Shown: in pieces, positions 1 through 12,490 of the stretch
How the letters are laid out: each line of letters starts with the position of its first letter
How positions within the stretch are numbered: the stretch's first letter is position 1
From: Chrysomallon squamiferum
Lineage: Eukaryota; Animalia; Mollusca
Assembly: GCA_012295275.1 (NCBI GenBank)
Contig: CM022671.1
Span: 17,050,001-17,114,000 of the forward strand
Direction: 5' to 3'
Length of the DNA: 64,000 nt
Position numbers and translations under genes: made by a program
Notes under the pieces: generated by a model
Database searches by the model: none
What the model was told of the DNA's origin: nothing
What the model saw: only the letters and a program-made list of their open reading frames with translations

Positions 1-495
1 ATTAAATGAAATTAAAAATAATTAAATTAGAAATGATAACAGCAGACTGCAGATAAGTACATTTTATAATTAATTTTTTTATTTTGTTCACATCTTTCGT
101 TTTAATTTGTTGGAAGCTGTCTGCTAATACATTACTACATACTTTGCTACAGAGAGGTTATTAATTTATCCTACGTTTTAAAAAATAATAATAAAATATT
201 TTGATTTTTTTGTTAATGTACTTTCTTAATACGAGTGGCAGATGGGCGGTAACTTTGTATTTTTCTTGTTCTTCTGATCTTGGTTTTAATTACATTCGTA
301 AGTCTGGAAAATAGATGAAATCATTTTAATTATATTGAAAGATCCAACCACTTTCCTAATGTATTTTTCAATTCACTTAATAAATATCTATTCACCATTT
401 TGGAACATAAATTTTTTTCAACTTTCTTTTCATTTAGAATTAATCAGTATCATTGACGTTATCAGCTTTAAAGTATGATATTTCATAACAATTAA

Positions 496-555
<60 letters not shown>

Positions 556-1896
556 TAGTAATAATAATAATAAAAGCATCAATCAGAATAGTATCTATTA
601 AACGAAGTAGAATGCAATTTATAAATAAATCAAAAGTATAAAATTTAAAACGTCCTCAACAACCAAAGAAATATTAAAACAATAAAAGTTTATAGGAACT
701 GATGAGAGGTACCAGGCCATTTATTCAATCCCAAATGTACAAAGTTAAAACTCTCTGTCTGTTTCTAGAGTGATGCAAACTTCCAAACGATTACATCAGT
801 GCTGCAGAGGAAATAACTCACATGTAATTCAGAAAATCCTGTTAAAAATGTTGCTGGATAGATTTAAAGCCAAGCAGCGTGGCGAGCTGCACTTGTCAAA
901 TTTAAAAAAATGTGTGAACCGATCTACCGACTCGACAACTTCAACTGAAAGGTTTGTCACTGTGGGTAATTGTAGTCAATGTTTCTCATAAAAAAAACCC
1001 GCAAACCTAATTACTTGCAAATTGAAAATTTACTAATTGAAAAAAAGTATCAAAAATTTAAAAATGATTGTGAACAAAAAAAAAAAAAATTGGATTTTTT
1101 TTTTTGAAAACTGGAACAAATTGCTTGAAAGCGGTCGGAGTCTTAGGCATAGATTCACAGAAGTTACAATAACCATTTAATGATTTAAAATTAAAATTTA
1201 ATTGTGTACATCATTCCTTATCTGTGTGTGTCTTTATTATACACACAGATATTTTATATATACGTCTGTGTTTTTAATGTGTTCGTACCTTGCGAGTGAT
1301 TTAAATATATTTCCGATCAACTGTAGACTTGACAAGCTACTATTAGAGACGTTTTCTAAATAGAGAGCAGTTTAGCGGTCTGTTAAGCTTAACCAGGTTT
1401 AACGAAGGATTCCAGAAAAAATTCTTATTTAATAATTTAAAAAAAAAAAATATATATATATAATAAAAGAAATAAGAAAAATCTTGTTTAGAATCTGGCA
1501 GGCTTCGTAGTAAATCGATCCTCTACCGGCTACTTTTTAAATTTTGTGGCGTACACCTCTCTGTCCATTTCAGAACGAATTACAACTGAAATCTGAGAAA
1601 CGTTCTGTATATTACTAGAAGCATTCATCACAGACATTTTGCTTTTCACCTGTTTTGTTACTAGCATATGGTGAGAGAACAGAATTAGTGACACTTAACA
1701 GATATCCGTTATTCTGTCATTATATCTGTGCAAAAGATCCCTTTAAACATAGTTTAAATATTTTCTACAAATTCATCTCTTTCTTTAATAAACATTTCAG
1801 TTTTCCTTTATAGGTTTTTTTTTTTAACTGTTACTCACTGCAAAAGTGAACCCAAAACAAATGGCTTACTATAGGTCTAGGAAATTTATGAGGCCA

Positions 1897-1930
<34 letters not shown>

Positions 1931-2129
1931 AAACAAAACCAATTAGACATTTCCAAGAATACTCTAGAAAGATGATCAAGATAGAAATCTTTCTTTTGAC
2001 TTATTTTTCTCTGATGTACAAAGTAATTGTCATTTTCTGTACGTCAGTCATTATTTATTACGATATCGGAATCTAAATGTTGTTAACAATGTATTGTCTC
2101 CCTATAATAGAAAGCCGACGGTCCATTTT

Positions 2130-2784
2130 TTGCTTTATGTTGCGAGCCAAAATCCCAGTTGCGAGCGAGATTCAGATACGCCGCCGCTAGTTGGCGCAAC
2201 GAACAATACAACAACGTCACCGCTCACTCGTTTACATCACGATGTTACCTCGCCGTTGAAGCATCTGTGTTGTTTTGTGCTCGCGTTTTGTGCAGTATTT
2301 TGCCAAATATATTCTTTCTGACCATGGATCCTAAGAAACTGAATAGAAAGTAAAGTGCTGAGAAGAAGAAGCGTCCATTGAATTAAAGCATGCTATCATA
2401 GAAAAACATGAGCGTGGTGTACATGTAGTGGACTTGGCTAGGCCGTATGAGCGTAGTACTTCTACGATATGCACCATATTGAGGCAGAAGGAGTCGATAA
2501 AGGCTATAACTCCAGCCAAAGGCATTAAATTAATTTGTCTGATCTCGAAGATAAATACACTTTACAAAACCAATTTATTTGTTTACATTCTCTTTTATGT
2601 TGTTTTTTATACAATATTTGTCATTAATAAACACATTTTTCGTATTTAAAAACACGTTACAAAAAAAGGGCTGTAACGGATAAATGGTATTTCAATTAAT
2701 TTCAGTGGAAAACTGATGTCATATACGAGCAAACTGAGTTATGAGCTCGGTCACGAATTAAACTCGTAAGTCAAGCTACCGCTG
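2130..2784 (+). mobile_element. Tigger/pogo (Tc1-mariner superfamily) internally deleted element, variant a
   Basis: Broken frame MDPKK..AEKKKR..IELKHAIIEKHERGVHVVDLARPYERSTSTICTILRQKESIKAITPAKG (CENP-B-type N-terminal HTH). 3' TIR-like end AACTCGTAAGTCAAGCTACCGCTG followed by TA. 5' boundary approximate. Confidence 0.8.
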
Positions 2785-3538
2785 TATATTATTATTAATG
2801 AATGGGCGTGATCATCATTCTTCTTCTTTCTTTCTTTTTGAGTATTTAAAACAATATTTATTACTTCTATACTGAAATTAATATTGTTTGTTTGTAAATA
2901 TTCCTAAGGAAAAAGGTTTTAAATAATTATATTTTGTATTTAAATAATTGTACATTGTATTTAAATAATTGTACATTTTATTTAGTGCCGTAGCTGACAG
3001 GCGAACAGGGGAGCGAACGCCCCCGGTGAATCATTTTTCAAAATTGCCACTGATTCAACAATATTTTATAACTCTTTAGTTCATTTGTGCGATAGAAGTC
3101 GAATCTCCGGAACACACACATATACACCATTCCCTATATATTCACACACATATAAACCCACACATACATATATACATGCACATATAACCACACAGACGTA
3201 CAACATATACATATGTACATAAACACATACGCATGCGCGCACACGAACACACACAGAGACACACACATTCGCACGCATACATACACGCAAACACACATAC
3301 GCATCACGTGAATGATTATATCTTGGTGTCTGTCTCTGTTTTATAGTTGTATGTCATTTTTTGTTCATGCCATTCGGAAACATTCAAAGAAAAAAATGTT
3401 TCCTTTGAAAACTTGAACTTGAAAAAAATTAACGCGCTAATCAGAACAAGCTGTTGTGAAGCACGACTACGATGGGAACACTTTCTAGTAATCGGGGAGA
3501 ATCAAGATGACCGATCAGTGAATAAGGCAAACTTGTTA

Positions 3539-3540
<2 letters not shown>

Positions 3541-3623
<83 letters not shown>
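3541..3623. repeat. (CT)n microsatellite; further (CT)n tracts at ~28883, ~42759, ~50260 and ~52124
   Basis: Pure dinucleotide runs of differing length; the first four follow TTGTTACAT. Confidence 0.95.
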
Positions 3624-3625
<2 letters not shown>

Positions 3626-3749
3626 AATTTCGTAGAACTTTTTATTTTTGCATTTTTCTTGTACAAGACAGATAGAAAAGTAACTTTAATTATTACTAAA
3701 TTCATATCACCTCTTTTGATGTTTTTCTCAATTTTTTCAACTCCATGGC

Positions 3750-6470
3750 GTTGTTATAAAAAGTGCTGGCATTTGGTAATTAAAGAGCGAGAAAAAGAAG
3801 CGAGAGAAGTAAGCGAGAGCGATGGAAACAGTCAAGACGAAAGTTCAATCAGGCGGGGAAGCCAATATTTTTGAATGACGTTGTCTTTACGGACGAGTAT
3901 GGTAAGCAATTGTCTATTCTTATTTGATAGAGTGTAATATGCAATTAACTTGTGTCAGTAACATTTATTATACCTAAAAGTTTAATGTTTTAATCTGTCC
4001 TCCGTGCAGATTCTTATTTTGTCTTGGTTTTGTGAGTTTGTGTCCAGAAAACAGAATGTTTTTGATAAATGGATTAGATCAAGCGACATTAGGAAGGATT
4101 ATACCAAATTACGTGAATTAATCATTTTGGAAGAAGTGAGAAATTGTTTACCGCTAAATGTTCGGTTACATTTGGAAGATCAGGGCATAGAAAGTCTACA
4201 AGCTGCTGCTGTAGCTGCTGATAATAAAGTCACAGAGTTGTGACTCAAGTCTTTCTAAGAATTTTGATGGTAATCAGGAAAGGTTTTCTGGTAGGACTTC
4301 ATCAGTTAGGCAGCATACTATAATACTAGGTCAGGGATGTCAGTAAAGAGTAATCTGAAACAAAGCCTTTTCAACCACGTTGTTCATATTGCAAAATGAA
4401 TAATCATATTGTTTCAAAGTTATGCCAGAAAAAAGGATAATCAGAAAACTGTAGGTTTTGTTAGAACAATAAGTAATGTCTCAGAATGACCAGATATGTA
4501 TACTCAGCAGAAATATGTTAAATATATCTCAGAGGGTACTACTTGTCGTATTCAACCAAATAGTTATCGTCCGGGGATAATTTCCATTTTTCGAGACATT
4601 GGAGCTTGGCAGAGCCTGATTGTGAAAGATCCCGTAAGAGATCCAGAAAAATCGGCAGCAGGTCAAAATATAATCATTAAGGCAGTTGAGGGAATGTGTA
4701 CAGTATTCCCTCGCTATTCGCGGGGGTTACGTTCTTTACCCCCCCGCGAATAGCGAAAAACCGCGAATATTGGATGCAGTTTTAAAACGTCTATTATGAG
4801 ATTATATACGGTACTAAATGCTTCCCAAACACTTTCTAAAGACACTCTTACTCATTAATACAGTAATAATGTAGTAATATTGCATGCAGTTATGTATTTC
4901 ACTAATGTAGTAATGATAATGTAAACACATTTTAATTTTGTACTGAAACAATATTTTAATCAGAAAGAAACGTAAGTACAGGAGGACAGTAACACCGCAT
5001 AGCATAGTTACCCATACTGTATTACTGTACCGTAAAGTCATTTTCTATGCGTACAACATATGTATTAGAATTGACAGAAAGTGGAACAAATTTAAAGGCA
5101 AACAGACAGATAAATACAGTACGCACAGTTCAGGTAATAATAATACAATTCAGTAATAATATGCAATTAAAAACATTATTAATACACGGTCACAAAAAAT
5201 ATGCACTGTACATACAGTGTATGCATTTATAAAAAAAATACGTACTGTATTGCAATAATAATTGAAAAAATTTGATATTGTTTGTGCTGTCACCAATAAT
5301 GAATGATAATAAAATGATGATGAAATTTGCAGTGCCATACGATGATGATGATAACACTAATGTACAGTATGGCACAGCTTAGCTGCTGCTTTACAGCACT
5401 TTAGGTAATTATTCCTACTCTTCAGGCACTTAAGTCTCTATGACCTACAAAAACCCGGTTTACCGAGCATTTGTTTTTATGACGTTATGACGCTCGCCTG
5501 GTATACCAGCATACGATGCGATATGGTTAAGAGCCTAACCCGCGAATATGCGGGGCCGCGAATGGGGAACCGCGAATAGGTGAGGGCATACTGTACTACC
5601 ATTCCATTACACCAAGTTCTTCTCAATTCTCTTCTGGCTTCTGGAGAGGTGTTTGTCGGTCTCATAGATAGTTTACCGATGGGGGTGTAGATTTGTTGCT
5701 GGGAAATGATCTTTCTGAGAGTTGTTGTGGTAAGAAGTGCGAACATTTACAGGTATCAAATACTCCCATTTTAACCTGTGTTGATAAGGCAACTGAAACT
5801 TTTCCGGTCTGCGTTACTACTAGTTCTATGGCAAGGAAAATCAAATCAATGGAAAATCCTTTAATTGATCCATGCTTGTCAAGGAAATCTGAAGGTGTAA
5901 ATGAGAAAGATTTAGCTAAGATAAGAAAATGTATTCCATGTGACATGGTACTAATGTATTTGCCAATCACTAAATCATATTAATCTGTTGAAGGTATACC
6001 ATGATCGGGCTCCGATCAATCCAACGATGACTGTGGAAGGTGACCAGATGGAAATGTCTGCTAATCAACCAGGTGAAAAGACTGACATTCGGCTGATTAA
6101 CAGTGAATCTAAGTTGGACCAGAGATTACATCACCTCGCAAGTGAGAGACGAAACGAAATAACTAAAAATGAATACGAAGTTCCCTAAATTGTTCCCTGA
6201 GACACCAAGTCTGACCGACGTCAGAACCCAGGATGTGGAAATAAAAGATGTTCTCAAACCTTCTAGGAATAAAAGAATATGTTCTGTTCAACCCCTGTAA
6301 TGGCTGCAACCATTCAAGCTGGCTGTAGATGCTAATGATGTTGGTTCTGTGGAAAGAAGATCACAGTAGGATAGACCACTCGGGCTACGGACTTGATGAT
6401 GTCTACTGATCAACCCAGGGCGAACCAGAGAAATAATATCTTACTGAAGCTGAGACACTGATAACCTTAG
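3750..6470 (+). mobile_element. Degenerate Ty3/Gypsy LTR retrotransposon, Gmr1-like (SCAN-gag, Zn knuckle, protease, integrase end, RT start, RNase H)
   Basis: FDKWIRS..DYTKLRELIILEEVRNCLP (SCAN-like), RCSYCKMNNH (knuckle), FRDIGAWQSL and IPLHQV..VDLLLGNDL (protease), HINLLKVYHDR (integrase C-term), PETPSLTDVRTQDVEI (pre-RT), QPFKLAVDANDVG (RNase H). Many stops and deletions; boundaries approximate. Confidence 0.8.
4701..5593. mobile_element. 893-bp non-autonomous Tigger/pogo-type MITE with TA target-site duplication
   Basis: TA|CAGTATTCCCTCGCTATTCGCGG ... CCGCGAATAGGTGAGGGCATACTG|TA, imperfect ~24-bp TIRs. Empty site GGAATGTG-TA-CTACC at 20704-20705 and 43946-43947. Confidence 0.92.
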
Positions 6471-6876
6471 TTTTTATTTTATGTAGTTGGTTATACTCGT
6501 GAAAATGAATAGTTTGTGCTCTCTCAGAAGAAGAAGAAAATCATTCATGAATGTAAGAATAACTGGTTACGTTGAACTTTAAACTTAATCCAACAGAACT
6601 AGGGACATACTCTGAGAGAAGCTGCTAGATCTAATCTTTTAGATTAGTACTGAATACATAAACCTCAGATTCGACAAGTTTAATTATTATGAATTTAAAT
6701 TATAAACTTTGGAAATGTAATGTCAGCAGAAAGCCCTTTTTTATACTTTTGTATTATCCATAATGATAAAAACAAATTGTATTTTTTTACGATTTGATCT
6801 AAATAGTTAGGAAATATTGCATGAACAGCTGCCAAAAATATACATAATCTTATTTGATTGTGTGTGTATGTTTGTT

Positions 6877-6924
<48 letters not shown>

Positions 6925-6969
6925 CCAATTCTCGTTTTATCAATGATAGGAATACTGGACTATTCTACA

Positions 6970-8224
6970 ATGAAATTTCTCTCTGTGGCCATTTTCTCTG
7001 TGGTATGTACCAAATAGTTATATAGAAATTACTACTAAACGTAAAGTTGATTTACTTTACTTCGTATATTGATTATTTCTAAGATAATCTGATTTTTGTT
7101 GGTATTATAAATAAATAAATAAATAAATATATAAATAAATAAAATAAATTATTATTTATTTAACCCTTTGTGTTAATTATAATGACGTAGTATTTCAGTT
7201 TAATTTTTCTTACATTTACTTATTTATTTATTGGTAATGATTCTATTAATGTTCAGCAGTAAATACTAAACATGTAAGGATATGATTCAAAGAAAATATT
7301 TAACTCATTTCATTTATCTACCACTATTTGGTAAATGTGCCATGAATCACCTATACGTTTTACATGCTGTTTATGGGGTGGTGCTTATAAAACATCTCTA
7401 AGTGCTGACAAGAGAAAACTAGAAAACATTTCATAGATATGATGCCGTGAACGTGTTTACAATCCATCACATTTTTTTTAAATGAATCTTCTTTTATTAA
7501 TAAAATTTTAAAATTCTATGAAATATAATATATTATATTTCGTACAGTTCTTTACGTTGCGGTTTTATAAACTTTTGAAATGTTTTATATTATTTAACTA
7601 TTTAATTTTTACATTAAGGATTTTCATACTGCTTTCTGATACCCAATAACTGATCTGAGTTTCATGCAGGACATTGTTAAATATTGATTCATTCATTCTG
7701 ATAAAAGTAAACGATAAATATGGAGCAGTTATACACCAATGTTATGTAGTGTTTAAAATATATCGTGCTATCTGTGTACTTACAGAATCAGGATTCGTTT
7801 CTTAATGTCATTCTGTGAAAAAACGATAGGTTCAGCACCATCTAATGTTTAATGTAATCTACTGATTTAGCATCTAATAATTTTTGATGCAAACAATCTA
7901 ATAATATTCAGTATGTTTATGTGTCGAAATAAATACTTTTTCAATCATTTGAAGGCGATTACTCTAGACATCACAGTAAAAAGATCATATGAAAGATTCG
8001 TAAGTGTTGGAGATTTGTGTGAATACGAATCTGACTGTGGTGAAGGTTACTGCTGTGTAAGGAATAGTGATGCAGCTGGAAGGTGTCAGAAGTTACTCAC
8101 GGAGAATCAATGGTGTGGCTTAAAGGACGTCTGCGCATGCGGTCCTGACTTAGAATGTAAGGAACATCGATATCAATATGGATTTCGAGTCATTTACTTA
8201 TGTAAGCCCTCATATGTCGGATGA
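6970..8224 (+). CDS. Secreted 10-Cys prokineticin/astakine-like peptide, copy 1 (100 aa precursor; exons 6970-7002 and 7955-8224)
   Basis: Exon 1 MKFLSVAIFSV then GTATGT donor. Acceptor CATTTGAAG at 7954, phase 0. Exon 2 AITLDITVKRSYERFVSVGDLCEYESDCGEGYCCVRNSDAAGRCQKLLTENQWCGLKDVCACGPDLECKEHRYQYGFRVIYLCKPSYVG*. Pattern C-x5-C-x4-CC-xn-C-x9-C-xn-CxC-x5-C-xn-C as in AVIT/prokineticin proteins. AATAAA at 8311-8316. Confidence 0.9.
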
Positions 8225-8310
8225 ACCTCTCAATAGAGATGATCAGAAAATCCCAGTCTCAGTGAGTTGAAAATCTCACTTTCTGGTTTAAATAATATAA
8301 TTTAAATGAC

Positions 8311-8316
8311 AATAAA
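8311..8316 (+). terminator. Polyadenylation signal AATAAA (conserved GACAATAAATATTT context)
   Basis: Same motif after every complete copy: 13793, 17566, 25030, 30661, 46679, 51731, each followed by a GT/T-rich tract. Confidence 0.7.
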
Positions 8317-9798
8317 TATTTGCAGCATTTATAAGATTGTCTGTTTTTAGTGCTAAAATATTTTTATTTCTGTGTAGAGTAAAACTACAGTGAAATACTT
8401 TGGTTTATATTAATTAATCATTCTTTATTATTCTAACATTTAACTGACTTAATAATAGTGATCAGTCCATCATGAATCTTTATTACAATCTATAACAACA
8501 TTGTAGTTTACTGTTTAGATTATGTTATTATTTTTAAAATAGATTTCGAACTCATACATTTTATAGATATAGACGCGTGTGTGTGTGTATACATATATAT
8601 ATATATATATATATTCATACATACATAAATACGGAGAGCATTTGTTTCGATTTTTAAAATAATTGTAATATATAAAGATAGAAAATTAATCATAAATACT
8701 AATATAATAATTCATAACCCTTTCAATAAACCCTGACATTACACACACTGATGCACATAAAAATAGATTGATGTGGTTGTGACCTCATTGTTTAATCGGC
8801 AATGTTCCGTGTAGTTTGTGTGTGAAACTGATTACGAAACTTTGGAGATACGGGATTGTTTATGTATGGCTAGAAAGTGCCATATGAGAAACAGTCAATG
8901 TTAGCTAAATGATTATGAAAATTGTTTAATCTTACCGGAAACATGTGAATAGGAAGCATTGCTTTATTTGGTAGGTAAAAAGAAACTTCTCTAAAGAAAA
9001 TCTTGTCCATGATTATGCACACTTTATTATATATATAATAAAAATACTGATGTGTTGATTTTAAGATTTATTATCTCCGAACATGAACAAACCTAACCCA
9101 ACTGTTTTCTCTACTTAGTTTACAGTGCAAGTGAAATATCACAGTGCTTTCATTTTGATTGATAAGTGTTTCATTGTTTGATTGATAAGGGTTGTTTGGT
9201 CATGTGATATCATTGTTTATTCTGAATGTGACAGTAGAAAGGAAAACGGAATATATAATTGAAAAAAATTAATTAAAACAATAATGAAAAAATAAAAATG
9301 AAAATAAAAAATAAAATGAAATTAAAAATAATTAAATTAGAAATGATAACAGCAGACTGCAGATAAGTACATTTTATAATTAATTTTTTTCATTTTGTTC
9401 ACGTCTTTCGTTTTAATTTGTTGGAAAGGGTCTGCTAATACATTACTACATACTTTGCTACAGAGAGGTTATTAATTTATCCTACGTTTTAAAAAAGAAC
9501 AATAAAATATTTTGATTTTTTTGTTAATGTACTTTCTTAATACAAGTGGCAGATGGGCGGCAGCTTTGAATTTTTTTTTTTTTAATTACATTCGTAAGTC
9601 TGGAAAATAGATGAAATCATTTTAATTATATTGAAAGATCCCACTTTCGTAATGTATTTTTCAATTCACTTACTAAATATCTATTCTCCATTTTGGAACG
9701 TAATATTTTTTAAACTTTCTTTTCATTTAGAATGAATTAGTATCAGCTTAAAAGTATGATATTTTATAAGAAAATAAAATGTCATAATAATAATAATG

Positions 9799-9882
<84 letters not shown>

Positions 9883-10399
9883 TCCGTAAAAATAAAAGTA
9901 CAAATATGAATGACATTTATTAAACTAAGTAGAATGAAATTGATGAATAAATCAAAAGTATAAAATTTAAAACGTTCTCAAGAACCAAGGTAATATTAAA
10001 ACAACAATAGTTTATAAGAACAGATTACAGGTAGCAGGCCTTTTATCGGGCCCAGATTTACAAAGTAAAAACTCTCTGTCTAATTATGTTTCTAGAGCGA
10101 AGCAAGATTCTAAATGTTTCCTTTAATACTGCAGAGAAAGTAACTAAAATGTATTTCATAAAATCCTCTTAAAAATGTTGCTGGATAGATTTAAATCCAA
10201 GCATCATGGCGAGCATTCAAGATCAAGATAGAAATCTTTGTTTTGACTTATTTTTCTCTGATGTACAAAGTAACTGTCATTTTCTGTACGCAAATAATTA
10301 GGTGAAACGATATCGGAATGTAAATGTTGTTAACAATGGATTGTCTCCCTGTAATTGAAAGAGGACTTGTACAGCCATGTTTTACGAGCTGTCCGAGTT

Positions 10400-11030
10400 A
10401 CTAGCACTCGGCCGGTCTATTTTTCGCTTTCAGTTGCGAGCCAAAATCCGAGTTACGAGCGACCTTCAGATATGCCGCCGGATATGGTGCATCGTTGAAG
10501 TATCTCTGTTGTTTTGTGCTCGCGTTTTGTGCACTATTTTGCCAAATTTCTTATTTCTGACAATGGATCGTAAGAAAATGAGAAGAAAGGAGAGTGCTGA
10601 GAAGAAGAAGCGGACGATGTCCTTTGAATTAAAGCTTGAAATCATAGAGAAACATGAACAAGATGGGAATGCAGTAATTTGGCTAGGAAGTACGATCGTA
10701 TACTTCTACGATATGTAACGCCGAAGGAGTCGATAAAGGCTATAACTCCAGCCAAAGGCATTCAAATAATTTGTCTGATCTCCAACATAAATACACTTTA
10801 CAAAACCAAATTTATTTCTTGAAATTCTTTTTTATTTTGTTCTTATACAGTATTTATATTTTTCTTATTTAAGAACACGTTACAAAAAAAAAGAGGTTAA
10901 AATAAAGGGGAGGGGTTTGAGGGCTTTAACGGATTAATGTTATTTCAATTAATTTCAGTTGGGCATTGATTTGATATAGGAGCACACTGAGTTACGAGCT
11001 CGGTCACGGAACGAATTAAACTCGTAAGTT
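10400..11030 (+). mobile_element. Tigger/pogo fragment, variant b
   Basis: MDRKKMRRKESAEKKKRTMSFELKLEIIEKHEQ... HTH start; end GAGCTCGGTCACGGAACGAATTAAACTCGTAAG. Boundaries approximate. Confidence 0.75.
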
Positions 11031-11164
11031 GTATATTATTATTATTAATGAATAGACGTGATCATCATTATTCTTTTTTCTTTTTTCTTAGGATTTAAAA
11101 CAATATTTATTACTTCTTCACTCAAATTAATATTGTTTGTAAATATTCGTAAGGAAAAAGGTTT

Positions 11165-11375
11165 TAAATAATTGTACATTGTATTTAAATAATTGTACAT
11201 AGTATTTAAATAATTGTACGTTGTATTTATATAATTGTACATTGTATTTAAATAATTGTACGTTGTATTTAAACGATTGTGTATTGTATTTAAATAATTG
11301 AACGTTGTATTTATATAATTGTACATTGTATTTAAATAATTGTACATTGTACTTAAATAATTGTACGTTGTATTT
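11165..11375. repeat. 21-bp minisatellite (TAAATAATTGTACATTGTATT), ~10 units
   Basis: Units visible directly; homologous sites have ~3 (2920-2985), ~3 (42140-42205) and ~2 (49670-49715) units. Confidence 0.9.
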
Positions 11376-12490
11376 AGTGTCGTAGCTGATAGGTCAACAG
11401 GGGAGCGACCGTTCCCGGCGAACCGATTTTTCAAAACTTGCACTGATTCAACAATATTTTATAACACTTTAATTCACTTGTGCGATAGAAGTCGAATCTC
11501 TGGGACCTACACAGACACACACACATAAACACAAATATATATACACGCACACGCGCACACCTATATATTTATAGACATATGAATTTACACACACACACAT
11601 ATATATACATACAGATATAACCTGGCACAGACGCAAGTATACACACAGAGACACGCACATACCCATGCATACAGACACACAAACACACATATGCTATATA
11701 TTTCTGTGCCTCTCTCTCTGTTTTACAGTTTTGCAAGTCATTTTGTTCATACCATCCGGAAAAATACAGCGAAAAAAATGTTTCCTTTGCTTTTCAAATC
11801 GTCTTCTAGTTGATGTTTGAAAGATCTGCGATATCTCTAAGTTAGTGCACAACGTGACGAGTATGAAACAGTCTTTGAAGTTCGACATTCGTTTGAAAAC
11901 GCGTCAGCTGCAGGTGAAACCGGTTTGTCAACACACAGGTACTAATCGGCGAGTCAAACTGATTTGGTATTATTCTTGTACACAAAAATAATAGTTGCTT
12001 ATACTCAAGAAAATGAATACTTTGTGCTTTCTCAGAGAAAGAAGAAAAAAAAAAGCTAAAATTCATGAATGTAATAACAACTGATTACACGGTCCTTTAA
12101 CCGTTATCCATTTATTATATTTTTATTGAATAATTAATATGAACATAACTAGGGACATACTCTGAGAGAAGCTGAGAGATCTAATCTTTTAGATTAGTAC
12201 TGAATACATAAACCTCAGATTCGACAAGTTTAATTATTATGAATTTAAATTATAAACTTTGGAAATGTAATGTCAGCAGAAAGCACTTTGTAGATACTTT
12301 TTTTATTATCCATAATGATATAAAATTTTGAATTCTTTTACGATTTGATATAAATGGTTAGGAAATATTGCATGAACAGCTGCTAAAAATATACATAATC
12401 TATTTTGATCGTGTGTGAGTCTGTGTGTGTGTATGTATATTCAAGCCACTTCTAATTTAATCAGCGATAGAAATACTGGAATATTCTATA

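Noticed and set aside
7913-7954. ORF-track N-terminus MFMCRNKYFF..LK as the real start of the Cys-rich peptides
   Set aside because: It is the intron 3' end. It is not a signal peptide, is disrupted in copies 2 and 8, and a conserved phase-compatible signal exon lies upstream of every copy.
11045-11443. Minus-strand ORFs with (NTMYNYL)n heptads (also 27985-28488)
   Set aside because: By-product of a 21-bp minisatellite lacking stops in one frame; not preserved at the other paralogous sites.
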